Shown: positions 21,080 through 32,774, counted from the first letter of the stretch. The stretch is 64,000 nucleotides of DNA from Candidatus Dormiibacterota bacterium (GCA_963800175.1 CAWCZS010000002.1:1217695-1281694); one strand, 5' to 3'. Notes: a model not told the origin generated them from the sequence alone. A program made the numbers and translations.

Positions 21080-21658
21080 GCGGTGACGGGCGCAGCCGGC
21101 GCCGGCGCGGCGCGCGAGCTCGAGGGTTTCGACGGTGATGTTGTCGTTCGTGTAGATGCAGAGCCGCGCGGCGATGAGCAGTGCGCGTCGCGCGATCTCC
21201 TCTGCGCCGAGGTCGGTGCTCTGGAGCAGCGCCGCCGCTGCCGCGTGCGCGTATGGTCCGCCGCTGCCGATGGCGACAACGCCGTCGCCATCGTCCGGCT
21301 CGATCACCTCGCCATCGCCGCTCAGCAGCAGGATGCGATTGGCGTCGGCGACGATCAGCATCGCCTCGAGGCGGCGCAGGTACTTGTCGGTGCGCCACTC
21401 CTTGCTCAGCCCGATCGCCGCGCGAACGAGGTTGCCCTGGTGCTTGTCGAGGTGCTGCTCGAATTTGTCGAACAGCGTCAGTGCATCAGCGACCGCTCCG
21501 GCGAAACCGCAGACCACCTGTCCGTGGAAGAGCCGCCGGACTTTCGATGCGCGTGCCTTCATGACGATGTCGCCGACGGTCACCTGACCGTCGCCGGCCA
21601 CCGCCACCGTTCCGCCGCGCTGCACCGCCACGACGGTCGTCGCGTGTGCAGGGGTCAT
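21076..21658 (-). CDS. hslV: ATP-dependent protease subunit HslV (3' end depends on a frame break near 21100)
   Basis: ATG at 21658 overlaps the topA stop (ATGA). [62 protein letters not shown]. As sequenced the frame reads on into hslU. A stop exists one frame over at 21076-21078, overlapping the hslU GTG. Confidence 0.88.
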
Positions 21659-23982
21659 CCGTGCGCGACCTTCGGGGGACGGTACTTGCAGGCGGGATAG
21701 CCGGAGCAGCTCACGAACGGCCCGTAGCGGCCCTGCCGGGTGACGAGCGGTTTGCCGCAGTCCGGGCAGGCTTCGCCGGTCGGCTCCGGCGTGGGCCCGG
21801 CGCGGCCGCGCGCCCGCGGCGCCGGGCTGGATGTATTTGCAGTCCGGGTATCCGGTGCATCCGACGAAGGAACCGCGCCGCCCGCTCCGTCGTGCCAGCG
21901 GTTTGCCGCACGTCGGGCACGGACCGAGCACTTCGCGGTGTGGCGCCGTCCGCGCCCTCCGCCGGTTGCGGAGCGTCGCTCTTGATGTACGTGCAGCTTG
22001 GGTAGCCGGAGCAGCCGACGAAGGGGCCGCGTCTCCCCTGCCGGGTCACGAGCGGCTTCTCGCAGAGCGGGCAGGCCTCGCCGGTCGCGACGGCCTCGCT
22101 CTTCTTTCGATCCTTGATGTACGTGCAGTCCGGGAATCGGGAGCAGCCCACGAACTCGCCGAACTTTCCTTCGCGGACGACGAGCCGGCCGATCTCGCAT
22201 TCGGGACATTCCTCACCGGTCTCCCGCGCCGGGACGCGCACCCGCTCCATCGAGCGCTCGGCGCGCTCGAGCGTCTCCGCAAACGGCTCGTACCACTCGC
22301 GCACCGTCGGCTCGTACTCACGCGTGCCTTCCTCGACCGAGTCGAGGCGCTTCTCCAGGTCCGCGGTGAACGCGATGTCGACGATGTCCGGGAAGTTCTG
22401 CCGCAGCACCGTGTCGACGGTCTTGCCGAGCTCCGTCGGATGGAGCCGGCGCTCGACCTGCTTCACGTACTGGCGCTCCTGGATGACCTCGATCGTGGCG
22501 GCATAGGTCGACGGACGGCCGATGCCACGTTCCTCGAGCTCCTTGATCAGCGTTGCCTCGGTGTATCGCGGCGGTGGCTGCGTGAAGTGCTGCTCGGAGG
22601 TGATCTCGAGGCAGTTGAGCGGTTCCTTCTCGACGAGGACCGGAAGTGTCATGTCCTTGTCCTTGTCGTCCTCGCGCTTCCAGACCTTCTGGAATCCCTC
22701 GAACGTCACCACCGAACCGGATGCGCGGAACACGTAGTCGGCGGCGTCGATCGTCGCGCTCGTGTTGAGGATCTTGGCGGGGCTCATCTGACTGGCGACG
22801 AAGCGGCGCCAGATGAGGTCATACAAACGGAGTTGATCGCGCGACAGGTCCGCGCTCACCAACTCGGGCGTGCGGCTCACGTCGGTGGGCCGGATCGCCT
22901 CGTGCGCGTCCTGCACGTTGAGAGCCGCCTTCTTGCCGCGCACCGCTCCGCGTGCCGACGTACTCCTTACCGAACGCCGTGGTGATGTGCTTGCGCGCGG
23001 CGTCCTTGGCGGCGTCGCTGATGCGAATCGAGTCGGTGCGCATGTAGGTGATGAGTCCGGTCGACCCGCCGCTGCTGAGGTCGACACCTTCATACAGCTG
23101 CTGCGCGATGCTCATGGCGCGTTTCGGTGGCATGCCGAGCCGCGAGCTCGCGTCCTGCTGGAGCGTGCTCGTCGTGTGCGGAGCCTGCGGCAGGCTTGAC
23201 CGTTCCTTCACCTCGATCGACTGCACGATGAATGCCGGCGTGCGCGCGGTCACCGCACCCTGGTCATCGAGACCGAGCGCCGCAATGACCTCTTTTGCTT
23301 CGGCCTCGGTGCCGAGCTCGAGCTTCTCGCGCTCGGCCGTGTCCTTGTCGCCGCGCCTGCCGACGAGCCGCGCCGTGAAGGGGTTGATGCCATCTTTGAC
23401 AAGAAGTGCATCGATCGTCCAGGACTCGACCGGAACGAACGCGTCGATCTCCATCTCGCGATCGACGACGAGGCGCACTGCCACGGATTGCACGCGCCCC
23501 GCCGACAGCCCGGCGCGCACCTTGCGCCAGAGCAGCGGCGACAGCCGGTACCCGACCAGGCGATCGATCACCCGGCGCGCTTCTTGAGCGGACACGAGCG
23601 AGCGATCGATCTTCCGGGGATGCGCGAGCGCGGCATCCACCGCGAGTTTCGTGATCTCGTGGAAGACGATCCGGTCCGGGTTGTTGAGTCCGAGCGCCTC
23701 GGCGAGATGCCAGGCGATCGCCTCGCCCTCGCGATCGGGGTCAGCCGCGAGCAGCGTGGAGGACGCCTTCTTCACCGCGGCGCGGAGGTCGCGGATCTGC
23801 TTCTCCTTGCCCTTGATGAGCTCGTACTCCGGAGCAAAACCGGCCTCGACGTCAACCCCGATCTTCGACTTGGGCAGATCGCGGACGTGTCCCATCGAGG
23901 CGAGAACGACGTACTCGGACCCGAGAAAACGGGCGAGTGTTCTTGCCTTGCTGGGCAACTCGACGATGATCAGACGTGACAC
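21655..23982 (-). CDS. topA: DNA topoisomerase I, about 3 frame breaks (~22950, ~21935, ~21800)
   Basis: GTG at 23982 after AGGAAG. Toprim [46 protein letters not shown], active-site [31 protein letters not shown]. Four C-terminal Cys4 zinc ribbons ([48 protein letters not shown]). Confidence 0.92.
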
Positions 23983-24014
23983 TTCTGGACTTCCTATGGG
24001 GGCTCTGGCGCCGG

Positions 24015-24906
24015 TTATACGGTACGGGCCACGAGGCCTCCGGGCAGGGACATTACGGCTCCGGCAAGCTCCAGCGCACCCAACCGGCTGGCGACCAGCG
24101 CGGGTGAGAGGCCAAGCGCCGCCCCGACCTGGTCCGGGTGGACCGGTTGTGTTCCCATGCGTGCCAGTATCTCCCGCAGCGGTGGGCTGAAACGCTCGAT
24201 GCCACCGCCGGGCCTTGCCTGGACGAAGTCCAGGGTCGTTTGCGCGACCGCGGTCTGGAGCTCCGGGACCGCGTCGAAGAGATCGCCCAGCCCCAGGAAC
24301 GGCCTGACGCCGTCGCGGATCAGGAGGTTGGTCCCGCTGCTCTGACGGGCGCGGATCGACCCGGGTACGGCAAGCACCTCGCGACCGAGGTCGGCCGCCC
24401 ACCGCGCCGTGCTGAGCGCGCCGCTCCGCTCTGTGGCCTCCACAACGACGACCGCTTGGGCGAGGGCCGCGATGATCCGGTTGCGTTTCGGAAAGTTGTG
24501 CTTGAAGGGCGGAGTTCCCGGCGGTTCCTCGGTGATCAGCGATCCATTGGCGATGATCCGTTGCCGCAACTCCGCATGGCGGGACGGATAACAGATGTCG
24601 ATGCCGCAGCCGAGCACCGCAACCGTCGAACCTCCCGCCTCGAGGGCGCCGATGTGGGCGGCGGCGTCGATCCCGAGGGCCATGCCGCTCACCACCTGGA
24701 TGCCGGCAACTGCCAGGTCGCTGGCGATCGACGACGCGATCTCGACGCCGCCGAAGGTGGCGCGTCTCGACCCGACGATCGCGACACACGGCTGCGCCGG
24801 GCCGACGCCTCCCAACTGCCACACGCCGGCGGGAGGCGATTCCAGGTGGTCGAGGCGCTCGGGCCAGTCCGGAGATCGAGCGCTCGATCCATCGGGGTTC
24901 GGTCAT
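24015..24906 (-). CDS. dprA: DNA-processing protein DprA, one frame break near 24870
   Basis: ATG at 24906 overlaps the comM stop (ATGA). DWPERLDHLESPPAGVWQLGG, CVAIVGSRRATFGG, VVSGMALGIDAAAH, FPKRNRIIAALA, and a C-terminal wHTH-like end. Confidence 0.88.
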
Positions 24907-26397
24907 CCCGCCATCTCGATTCGATAGTGGAGGGCCTCGGCGAGCGCGTCCTCGCCGACTCGATCCTCGCCGGCGAGATCCGAGATGGTCCGCGCGACCC
25001 GGAGCACCCGGAAGAACCCGCGGGCGCTGAGATGCAGGCGTTCGCCCGACAGCGCCAGCAGCCGGCGCGCGGGGGCCGTGGCACGCGCTGCAGCGAGGAT
25101 CTCGCGGCCGGTGAGCGCGGCGTTGCCGTGTGCCGTGCCGCCGTCGCGTCTCGATCGAGCGCCCTCGACCCTCCCCCGTACGGACGATGAACCTCCTCCG
25201 CCGCGCCGTCGAAGATCTCCCGGTACTCCTGGCGGGGCACGGACACGACGAGATCGATGCGGTCCTTGATCGGTCCGCTGATCTTCCCTGGTAGGCATTG
25301 AGTTGACGCGGCTCGCAGCTGCATCCCTGCGCGTCGCCGAGGTGTCCGCACGGACACGGGTTCGAAGCGCCGATGAACATGAAGTCCGCCGGATATGTCA
25401 CCGCGGCGCGGGCGCGGGCGACGGTGACCGAGTGCTCCTCGAGCGGCTGGCGGAGCGCCTCGAGGTGCTGACGAGAGAACTCACAGAGCTCATCGAGAAA
25501 AAGCACCCCTCGATGCGCGAGAGAAATTTCGCCGGGCTGCGCGAGGCCGGTACCGCCGCCGACCAACCCCGCGCGCGAGATGCTGTGGTGTGGCGCACGA
25601 AACGGTGGCCGCAGTGTCGTTGGCGGCCGTTCGCGCAACGTGCCGCGGAGCGAATAGATCGCCGCAACCTCGAGCGCCGCGTCGTACGCCAGGTCGGGGA
25701 GCAAGGACGGAAACGTCCGTGCCAGCATGGTTTTCCCCGCCCCGGGTGGCCCTGTCATCAAGACGTTGTGTCCACCCGCGGCAGCGATCTCGAGGGCTCG
25801 CTTCGCCTGGGCCTGCCCACGAACCGCTGAGAGGTCAGGTTCGGGCGATGCTCCCGCCGGGGACATGTCGCGGACGCCTGGAATCAGCGAACCATCGCCG
25901 CGCAGATAGTCGACACATCGCTGCAGCGAGGATGCGCCGAGCACCTCGACACCCTCGGCAAGCGCCGCCTCCGGCGCGTTCTCCACCGGCACGATGAGCC
26001 GCCGAATGCCCGCAGCGGCGAGGCATCTCGCCATCGGCAGGACGCCGGTGACCGGACGAAGGGATCCGTCAAGCGCGAGCTCGCCGAGAAACGCGAGCCC
26101 GTCAAGGAGAATCGACTGGTCCTCCGCGCGAAGGATCGCGATCGCGATCGCCAAATCGAACCCGGTCCCCTCCTTCGGCAACTCCGCGGGAGCGAGGTTG
26201 ACCGTGACCCGTCGCTGCGGAAACTTGAAGCCGGCGTTACGGATTGCCGGCTTGACCCGCTCGCGTGCCTCCTGGATCGCTCGGTCCGTGAGGCCGACAA
26301 TCGTGAAGCCCGGCAGGCCGTTGGCGATGTCGGCCTCGACCGTGACCGGCACCCCGGCGAGCCCTCTCGTCGCACAACTTATTGCACACGCAATCAC
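24903..26397 (-). CDS. comM: Mg-chelatase-like ATPase YifB/ComM family, 2 frame breaks (~25330, ~25210)
   Basis: GTG at 26397. VTVEADIANGLPGFTIVGL, VTVNLAPAELPKEGTGFDLAIAIAIL, GQAQAKRALEIAAAGGHNVLMTGPPGAGKTMLA, HRGVLFLDE, NPCPCG, KISGPIKDRIDLVV, LSARGFFRVLRVARTISDL. Confidence 0.88.
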
Positions 26398-26436
26398 ACA
26401 AGAAAGTGTAGCAGAGGTCGAGGCAGTCGAGCGAGG

Positions 26437-26994
26437 TCAGCCCGAGCAGGTCCAGGTCACGATGCCCGCCTCATACGGGCCTCCAGCCAGCCCGATGAGC
26501 GTCGCATTGGCGAACGACAGGCTGCCGGACCCGTCGGCGTTGATGGTGAGGATGCTGAGCTTGCCCTCGTAGATGGTGCTCCCGGTGCTCGTGTTCACGG
26601 TGGCCTGGAAGAGGTTGCCGCCGCGGTACGTCGACGCTCCTTTGAAGACGCCGTGCGGCACCTGGATGGTCAGTCCAAGATTCTGCAGACCGACTTCGGT
26701 CGAGCCATACGGCGAGTTCGTTTGAGGACCGTCCCATCCAAACGACGTGTTCTGGCCCGCCAAATAATCAGCGCACGACGCGTAAGGCTCCTTGTCGGTG
26801 AAGGACCCGTGGAAACGGTCGGCGCCACCCAGGCTCACCTGGGCGGTGAGGGTGATCTCTCCTTGCCCCCCACCCTCGCCGCCGAACCCCGTCGGCCCCG
26901 GGGTTGGGCTGGAGCTGCATCCGGCCAACACCACCGCGGCAGCCAGCGCCCCGGTGGCTGCTGCGATGGACTTCCAGGTCCGCCGGGGGTTCAC
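26437..26994 (-). CDS. lipoprotein of unknown function, coupled to the upstream VWD-metalloprotease gene
   Basis: Signal peptide with lipobox (ALAAAVVLAGC|SSSPTPGP), a Gly-rich linker, then a beta-rich body with two Cys pairs. Its ATG overlaps the stop of the 26991-30301 gene. Confidence 0.6.
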   Translation of the reverse strand: MNPRRTWKSIAAATGALAAAVVLAGCSSSPTPGPTGFGGEGGGQGEITLTAQVSLGGADRFHGSFTDKEPYASCADYLAGQNTSFGWDGPQTNSPYGSTEVGLQNLGLTIQVPHGVFKGASTYRGGNLFQATVNTSTGSTIYEGKLSILTINADGSGSLSFANATLIGLAGGPYEAGIVTWTCSG

Positions 26995-29900
26995 AAGCTG
27001 CCCACCTTCTGGAAGGTGAACTGATACGAGAACGGTCCGCCGTTGAAGTCGTTGACCACCAACTCATAGGTGCCGCTCGGGGGGATGGTCAAGGTGCCGT
27101 AGTTGCCCGCCGGGGGGATGGCGTAGGCAGCGCTGCAGTCGATCGTGGCCAGCTCGGTCCCGTTGGCCAGGGCGATTCCGACCCAACCCTGGCCGCTCGG
27201 CGTACCGGCCGGACCCAGGGCGCTCGTGCATCCGGCTCCCTGGATGCTGATGATGTCTCCCGCCTGTGCCGTGAAGGTGTAGACGTCGTGCGACGCGATG
27301 TCCGGGATGCTTCCTGACAGCGTCTGGCCGTAGGCGGCCGGCCGGACCACGTCGCCGCGCTCGATCGCAATCGGGACGCTGTAGGTGCCTGCCTCCTGGT
27401 GGTTGGGGTTGGCGACCAGTTCGTACGTGCCGGCGACGGAGATGAGGAATCTGCCGAGCGAATCGCATTCGGCGCTCCCGCTGGAGATCTCCGCCGCGTT
27501 GAGAGTCGTGCCCTGAGGATCGACGAACGCGAACTGCATGTTGTCTGCTGCGCATCCAGGGTTCCCGATCCAGAGGACCTCACCGGCCGTGGCCTGGATC
27601 GCAAAGGCCTGCTGCTCGGACGCATTGGCGATATTTCCGGTGTCCAGCAGGACGCCGTTGAGATTCGGGGTGGGGCTCGGCCCGGTCCCGCCGGTCGGCG
27701 CAGGGGTTGGGGTGCTACTCGAGGGGCTCGGTGGCGTGTTGGCCGGGAGGTTGTTGGCGAGGTTGTGCTGCACCGTGGCGACGAGTTGCGCCTCGGTGTA
27801 GTGGTTGAGCACGGCCGGGTCACTCACGGACGACACGTCGACGACGCAATCGGCCAGAAGGTACGGGTCCGTGATGCCATCTGCCTCGCATTCCTGCGTT
27901 GCCTTCGCCGCTCCCACGATGTTGGTGGAGTCGACGTAGCTGGACGGGAAGGAGAGGTTGGTGAACGTTGCCGTGGATTGGCCGGGCAAGTAGTCGAAGA
28001 GCGAGTTCGCCTGGGTGATTCGCCAGGAGGTGGCGAACTGGCCGTCGATCGTCTGCGGCGATGGTGATGACCCGAGATTGGTGCCTTCCGAGGTGACGAA
28101 GTCGTCCCCATTGGTCCCGCTGTCGGCGCCGAGCAGACCGGACAGCTTCCCCGCTCGCGCAGCGGTGGGCCACATGGTCACGTCGAGACCCACCATGCCC
28201 ATCTGGTCGACACGCATCAAGGTGCCGTCCGGCCATTCGACCAACCATGCGGAACCCGCCTCCGTACTCATTCGGGCGAGGCTCCCCTGACCGACACTCA
28301 CCGAACCCGCGAAGTTGTCGACGATGCCATCCACCCTGGCCGTGACGAGGCCGTTCTGCAAGGTCAGGGTCACCCGGTGTCCGTTGACGCGGGCCGCCAC
28401 GGCCACGTTGACGGCCACGACCGGATGCGGGCCGGGAAGGGGCACCTGCCGCACCTGCACCAGGAGGTCGTCCACGGTGGACTGCACGAGCGTGAACTCC
28501 CCCGCCGCTTGCAGGTCGTACCGAGTGCCGTCGAATGTCAGGAGATGCGGATCGCCGCTCGACTGCCCGCCCGGCGGGCTTGGGCTGTCGGGCTCACCGC
28601 CGCTCCCGCCGCCGCCGCCGCCCGGAGGACCCCCAGGTCCCGATGGCGGTGGAGGGTCCGGCTGTTTGCAGAACTGGTCCAGCGACTCACCGTCGGCTCC
28701 CGCGACCAGTGAGAAGCTGCCCCCGTCCATGCCCACGTCGATAGGGGCGGTGGCAGGCATGGTCAGCGCGGATGCGCCGGGGCTCCCATCCGGACACCGG
28801 CAGCCGCCCTGCTTCAGACACAGTGCCACCGGTGCCACGTCGTCGAGGGTCTGCTGCACCGCGTACCCGCTGTCATGCAGATCGCCATACCCCGAAGAGA
28901 GGGTCACCACCAGGATGTCGGCGCTCCCGCTGATCGCGACGTATTGCGCCTGGAACGGACCGGTATTGCCGATGAACTGGTTGTCGCCGTTGTCGACGGT
29001 GATCGACTGCGGTGCAGCGGCGTTTTTCCCAGGCTGCCCCGGCCCCTCGATGTCCCAGTCACTGTTCGAGCTGTCCTCGAAGTAGCTGGCCCCCCACGTG
29101 CTGTAGAAGCGATTGCTGTCGCTCTGCATGAGCGTGGCCAGCGCTGCGGAATCGGCTCCCTGGATGCCGGCGCTCACCACCGGCAGGAGAATCGGCCACA
29201 GCGCCGGCTGGCCGGCGGCAGAAAGGTCGCCCTCGTGCCCGAACACACCGACGCCGTCGTCGCGGCGCTGGTTGTATGGCTCCAGTGGCGTCGTTGTGTA
29301 CGCCTGCCAGATCTGAACATCTCTCGGGAGCGTGTTGTTCGGATACAGCTCGTTCTCCACCCACGTGGCCTCGCCTTCCATGATCCAGGGGTGAATGCTG
29401 ACCTGGTTCGGCCCAGAGCCCGCCTGTCTCATCTGGTAGCAGTGCCAGACCTCATGGGCCATGATGGCCGCGGCGTCATCTGCGCTGAGGCCTTGGAACA
29501 GCGGCTCGTAGACGATGATGTGGCAACCGTCTGAATACGCGTGCCATCCGGTGGCGGAGTTCAGGTAGTAGATAACTGGTCACCGCATACGCTGTCGACG
29601 TGTCTTCGGAGACCTCAATGACGATGCTGGGGATGGCGGGAGCTCCGCTCTCGGAGGACTCCGTGGCGTTCGCCTGGGCTGCGAGTTGCCCGTAGTCGAA
29701 CAGGTTCTCGTCGGTCAACTGCACGCCGGCCGTGGCCTTCGAGCCGAGCAATGGCTTCGATACGGTCCTCGATGCGATCCGGCTGGGGTCCGTTGCCGTG
29801 GGATGCGGCACTGGCGCTCGAGGTCTCACGTTCGACGCGCGACGACGTGACGAGCCGCGTCGCCGCGTCCTGTTGCGCTTTGGTCAGATGGGTCCACTCG

Positions 29901-30301
29901 CTGTAGAGATAGATGAGGGCGGTCGATCCGTCAAAGGCGTCGTCCGGCGTGATGCCCTTGACGGATACGCCCGGCAACGGTCCGACGTCGAGGGCAAACA
30001 GCTCCTCGGCTCGCTGCGCCGTGAGGCCGTGAGTGAGGATGGCGGTAAGCAACTGGTTCTCGGTGGTGATGCCGCTCTGCGTCGAAGCTTGAGACGGCGT
30101 CGGCGTCGCCTTCGCATTCGCCGGTCCGCTCGGCCGGCTCACGATGACGACGCCCACCACCGCCCCGACGATGAGGGCCGCGATGACCGCCGCGGCTACG
30201 GCGATACGGCGGCGGCTCCTCGGTGGGGACGGCACCGCGGTGGACGGCGTCAGCGGTGGTGGGGTCGGTGGCGGGGGCGGAGCGAGCGGTGGCTCGGTCA
30301 T
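26991..30301 (-). CDS. membrane-anchored HEXXH (gluzincin-like) metalloprotease with von Willebrand type-D domain and two C-terminal beta-sandwich (PPC-like) domains; 2 frame breaks (~29800, ~29578)
   Basis: Pro-rich N-terminus plus TM (IAVAAAVIAALIVGAVVGVVIV). AIMAHEVWHCYQ...WIMEGEATW (HEXXH 29442-29456 with a downstream Glu). Pro/Gly linker. SSGDPHLLTFDGTRYDLQAAGEFTLVQS (GDPH 28545-28556). C-terminal segments have the G.L...D.Y.F.A.AG pattern (SGSIPDIASHDVYTFTAQAGDIISI). Confidence 0.7.
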
Positions 30302-30510
30302 CAGACGACCATCTCCGCGTGACCAGCGGAGGGCTCCCTCGATGTCACGACCCTCTACTCCTGATCTGTGCCGTCCCGCGAGCTAATGGCGGAGGCGCGA
30401 TCCCGCGTCGACCGCCATCTCAGTGCGGAGATAAGGCTACTCATCAGCGCGCGATAAGTGGGACACAAAACTTGAGTGGTCGGCCATACGCGCCTGCTGC
30501 CGACGGTATG

Positions 30511-30963
30511 TCACTCGGCTCGAAATGGGTACCTGTCAGCGAGCAACCGCTCAACCCTCGCACGCAACAGCAGGTACGCATCCGCCCCGTGTGGTGGCAC
30601 ACCCTGCGGACGGTGCAGGGTTCGTTCGCCTGCAACCACTTCGCCCTCGACAAACTGCGCGCCGCTCACGTCGAGTACCTCGCCGTCATCGAGGCGGTTC
30701 CAGTAGTGCACTCCAAGTCTTTCAGACCCGACAAGCACGTCGCCGACCAGGATCTCGCCGCCGAGCAGGTCCTGAACGACCAACGCCGTCGCCCCGCACT
30801 GTCCGCGAGCAGGATCCCCCGGACGCCCGTGAGCCATGAAGCGCTCCGAGGCGTAGCGCGTGTCGGAACCCCAACTGGCAACGATCGCCGCCTCGACAGC
30901 GTGTCGATGGCTGCGCTGTGCGCCACCGGTATCACTCGCCACGCCCGTCCGCGCCTTGGTCAC
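30511..30963 (-). CDS. hypothetical protein, YunG-like (tentative)
   Basis: 150 aa. The central ARGQCGATALVVQDLLGGEIL...HYWNRL...DVSGAQF resembles the GQCxxTALVVxDxxGGxI core I associate with YunG-family proteins. Confidence 0.4.
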   Translation of the reverse strand: MTKARTGVASDTGGAQRSHRHAVEAAIVASWGSDTRYASERFMAHGRPGDPARGQCGATALVVQDLLGGEILVGDVLVGSERLGVHYWNRLDDGEVLDVSGAQFVEGEVVAGERTLHRPQGVPPHGADAYLLLRARVERLLADRYPFRAE

Positions 30964-30964
30964 G

Positions 30965-31489
30965 CTACTGCCGGCTCGAGCCCACCCGGCCGCTTTGACG
31001 CCGCGTCCCTTCCGGCGCGAAATGGAAACCCTGCCGCGTGCCGCGCAACGCGACGACGCCGTTCTGCCCTAGCAGGCTGACGCCGAGGGCAACCTCGAGC
31101 GCTGCGTCAAGAACGTTGCCGACGCCGGCGTTTGACGAAAGAATCGCGATGACGATCCGCACTCCGATGGCCACGATCCAGAGCGCGATGGTGACCGCGC
31201 TGCCCTGTCGCCACATCACACCGTCGCGCTCGAAGACGCGTACGAAACAGCCCCGGAGCGCGCCGAGCGCCAGCGACGACACGAGATCGAGCGCAAGATA
31301 GGTGACCGCTGTGGTGCTGAGGCGTCCGCCGTCCACGTTGGAGATGGCTGCGACACCGATGACGATGAGGATCCCGGGCAAGAGCCACAGGCTGCGTGCC
31401 GTCACCGGGCGGGCGATGGTCTGCCGGTACAGCACCCAGGCGACCAGAGCCAGGACCAGGATCGCGTTGGTGATTGCGGAGATGTTCAT
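30965..31489 (-). CDS. integral membrane protein (DUF1453/CcdC-like, tentative)
   Basis: 174 aa with four hydrophobic helices and the pattern YRQ..ARPV....LWLLPG...V.RDGV.WRQGS seen in CcdC-type proteins. Confidence 0.4.
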   Translation of the reverse strand: MNISAITNAILVLALVAWVLYRQTIARPVTARSLWLLPGILIVIGVAAISNVDGGRLSTTAVTYLALDLVSSLALGALRGCFVRVFERDGVMWRQGSAVTIALWIVAIGVRIVIAILSSNAGVGNVLDAALEVALGVSLLGQNGVVALRGTRQGFHFAPEGTRRQSGRVGSSRQ

Positions 31490-31595
31490 CGGCCGCGTCG
31501 ACTTTAAAGGGCAAGGCGTACGGTGCGGACTGCGCCGCCGTGCTCAGCAACGTGACGGTCACCACGACACCGGATCGCTCTCGTATCCTCGCCGC

Positions 31596-32774
31596 ATGCC
31601 GACCGCGAAGAACGGGAATCAGCGCGCAGCCACGACGAAAACGCCGCCCGCCTTCTCCCGAGACACGAAGCTCGAGGCACTCGCGGAGTCGTGCACACGT
31701 TTTCTCTCCGGCGACGGACCGCGCACCGCGGACAAGCTGCTGGCACTCATCCCGCCCGGGACGGCCCTCGATTACTACGGCATCGGTGGCGCCGTCACGG
31801 ACCTCGAGACGGAAATCGCAGCGCTGCTTGGGAAACCGTCGGCGCTGTTCTTCCCGACCGGGACCATGGCGCAGCAGGCAACCATCCGGGTCCACGCAGA
31901 CCGCAGGCAACGCAAGACCGTCGTCTTCCATCCCGCATGCCACATGGAGACCAACGAGGAGCGCGGCTCCCAGCATCTGCACGGGCTGTTCGGCAAACCG
32001 GTCGGCCCGTATTACGAGCCGCTCTCACTGGCGAGTCTCGAGCTGGTGCACGAGCCCGTTGCGGCGCTGCTGCTCGAGCTCCCGCAGCGCGCGCTCGGCG
32101 GCACGCTCCCGACATGGAAGGAACTGGTCGCGCAGGTCGGATGGGCGCGCGAACGCGGCGCTGCCGTCCACCTCGACGGCGCCCGGCTCTGGGAATCGAC
32201 TCCGTACTACAAAGCCAGGCATCGGAAATCGATCGCCGATATCGCCGAACTGTTCGACACCGTCTATGTGTCCTTCTACAAAGGGCTCGGCGGCATCGCC
32301 GGCTGCTGTGTCGCCGGCGATACCGACGTGATCGAAGAGCTCTCGGTATGGCGGACGCGCCACGGCGGTCGTTCGTTTGGGCTGTGGCCGTATGCGGCAG
32401 CTGCGCGAACGGCGCTCCACATGCGCCTGCCAAAGATGCCCGCGTACTACCGGCACGCCATCGCCATCGCTGCCGCTGTTCGCGACATCCCGGGAATCGA
32501 GGTGATGCCCGACCCCGTGCAGAGCCCGATGATGCACGTCCGCTTCTCGGCCGACCTGGATGCGATTCGCGAGCGTGTCGTCGACATCGCCAGGACCGAC
32601 AGGGTCTGGACCTTCGCCCGACCGTGGGCGTCGCTGGGGCCGAAGCTGCAGGAGTTCGAATTCAGCGTTGGCGACGCGACTCTCGAGCTCAGCCCCGAGG
32701 AGATTCGCGAGCTCTTCATCCGTATCGTCGAGAAGCCCCGCGCTCGCAAGTCCGCTCGCCGTTCGCGACGCTGA
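31596..32774 (+). CDS. PLP-dependent threonine aldolase / beta-eliminating lyase family protein
   Basis: ATG at 31596, 6 nt after a TATCCT box. LFFPTGTMAQQATI, HLDGARLW, VYVSFYKGLGGIAG (putative PLP lysine). The tracked ORF from 31302 is an upstream read-through. Confidence 0.6.
   Translation: MPTAKNGNQRAATTKTPPAFSRDTKLEALAESCTRFLSGDGPRTADKLLALIPPGTALDYYGIGGAVTDLETEIAALLGKPSALFFPTGTMAQQATIRVHADRRQRKTVVFHPACHMETNEERGSQHLHGLFGKPVGPYYEPLSLASLELVHEPVAALLLELPQRALGGTLPTWKELVAQVGWARERGAAVHLDGARLWESTPYYKARHRKSIADIAELFDTVYVSFYKGLGGIAGCCVAGDTDVIEELSVWRTRHGGRSFGLWPYAAAARTALHMRLPKMPAYYRHAIAIAAAVRDIPGIEVMPDPVQSPMMHVRFSADLDAIRERVVDIARTDRVWTFARPWASLGPKLQEFEFSVGDATLELSPEEIRELFIRIVEKPRARKSARRSRR

Noticed and set aside
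22819-26397. Single 1192-aa ORF that looks like a comM-dprA-topA mega-fusion; likewise the 620-aa ORF at 18732-20594 (hslU-rpsB) and the 446-aa ORF at 20591-21931 (topA-hslV-hslU)
   Set aside because: One frame happens to stay open across several genes. Only parts of each ORF carry real motifs, and the stretches in between are Arg/Pro-rich out-of-frame translations of dprA, hslU and other genes. The individual genes are recovered by following motifs across frames.
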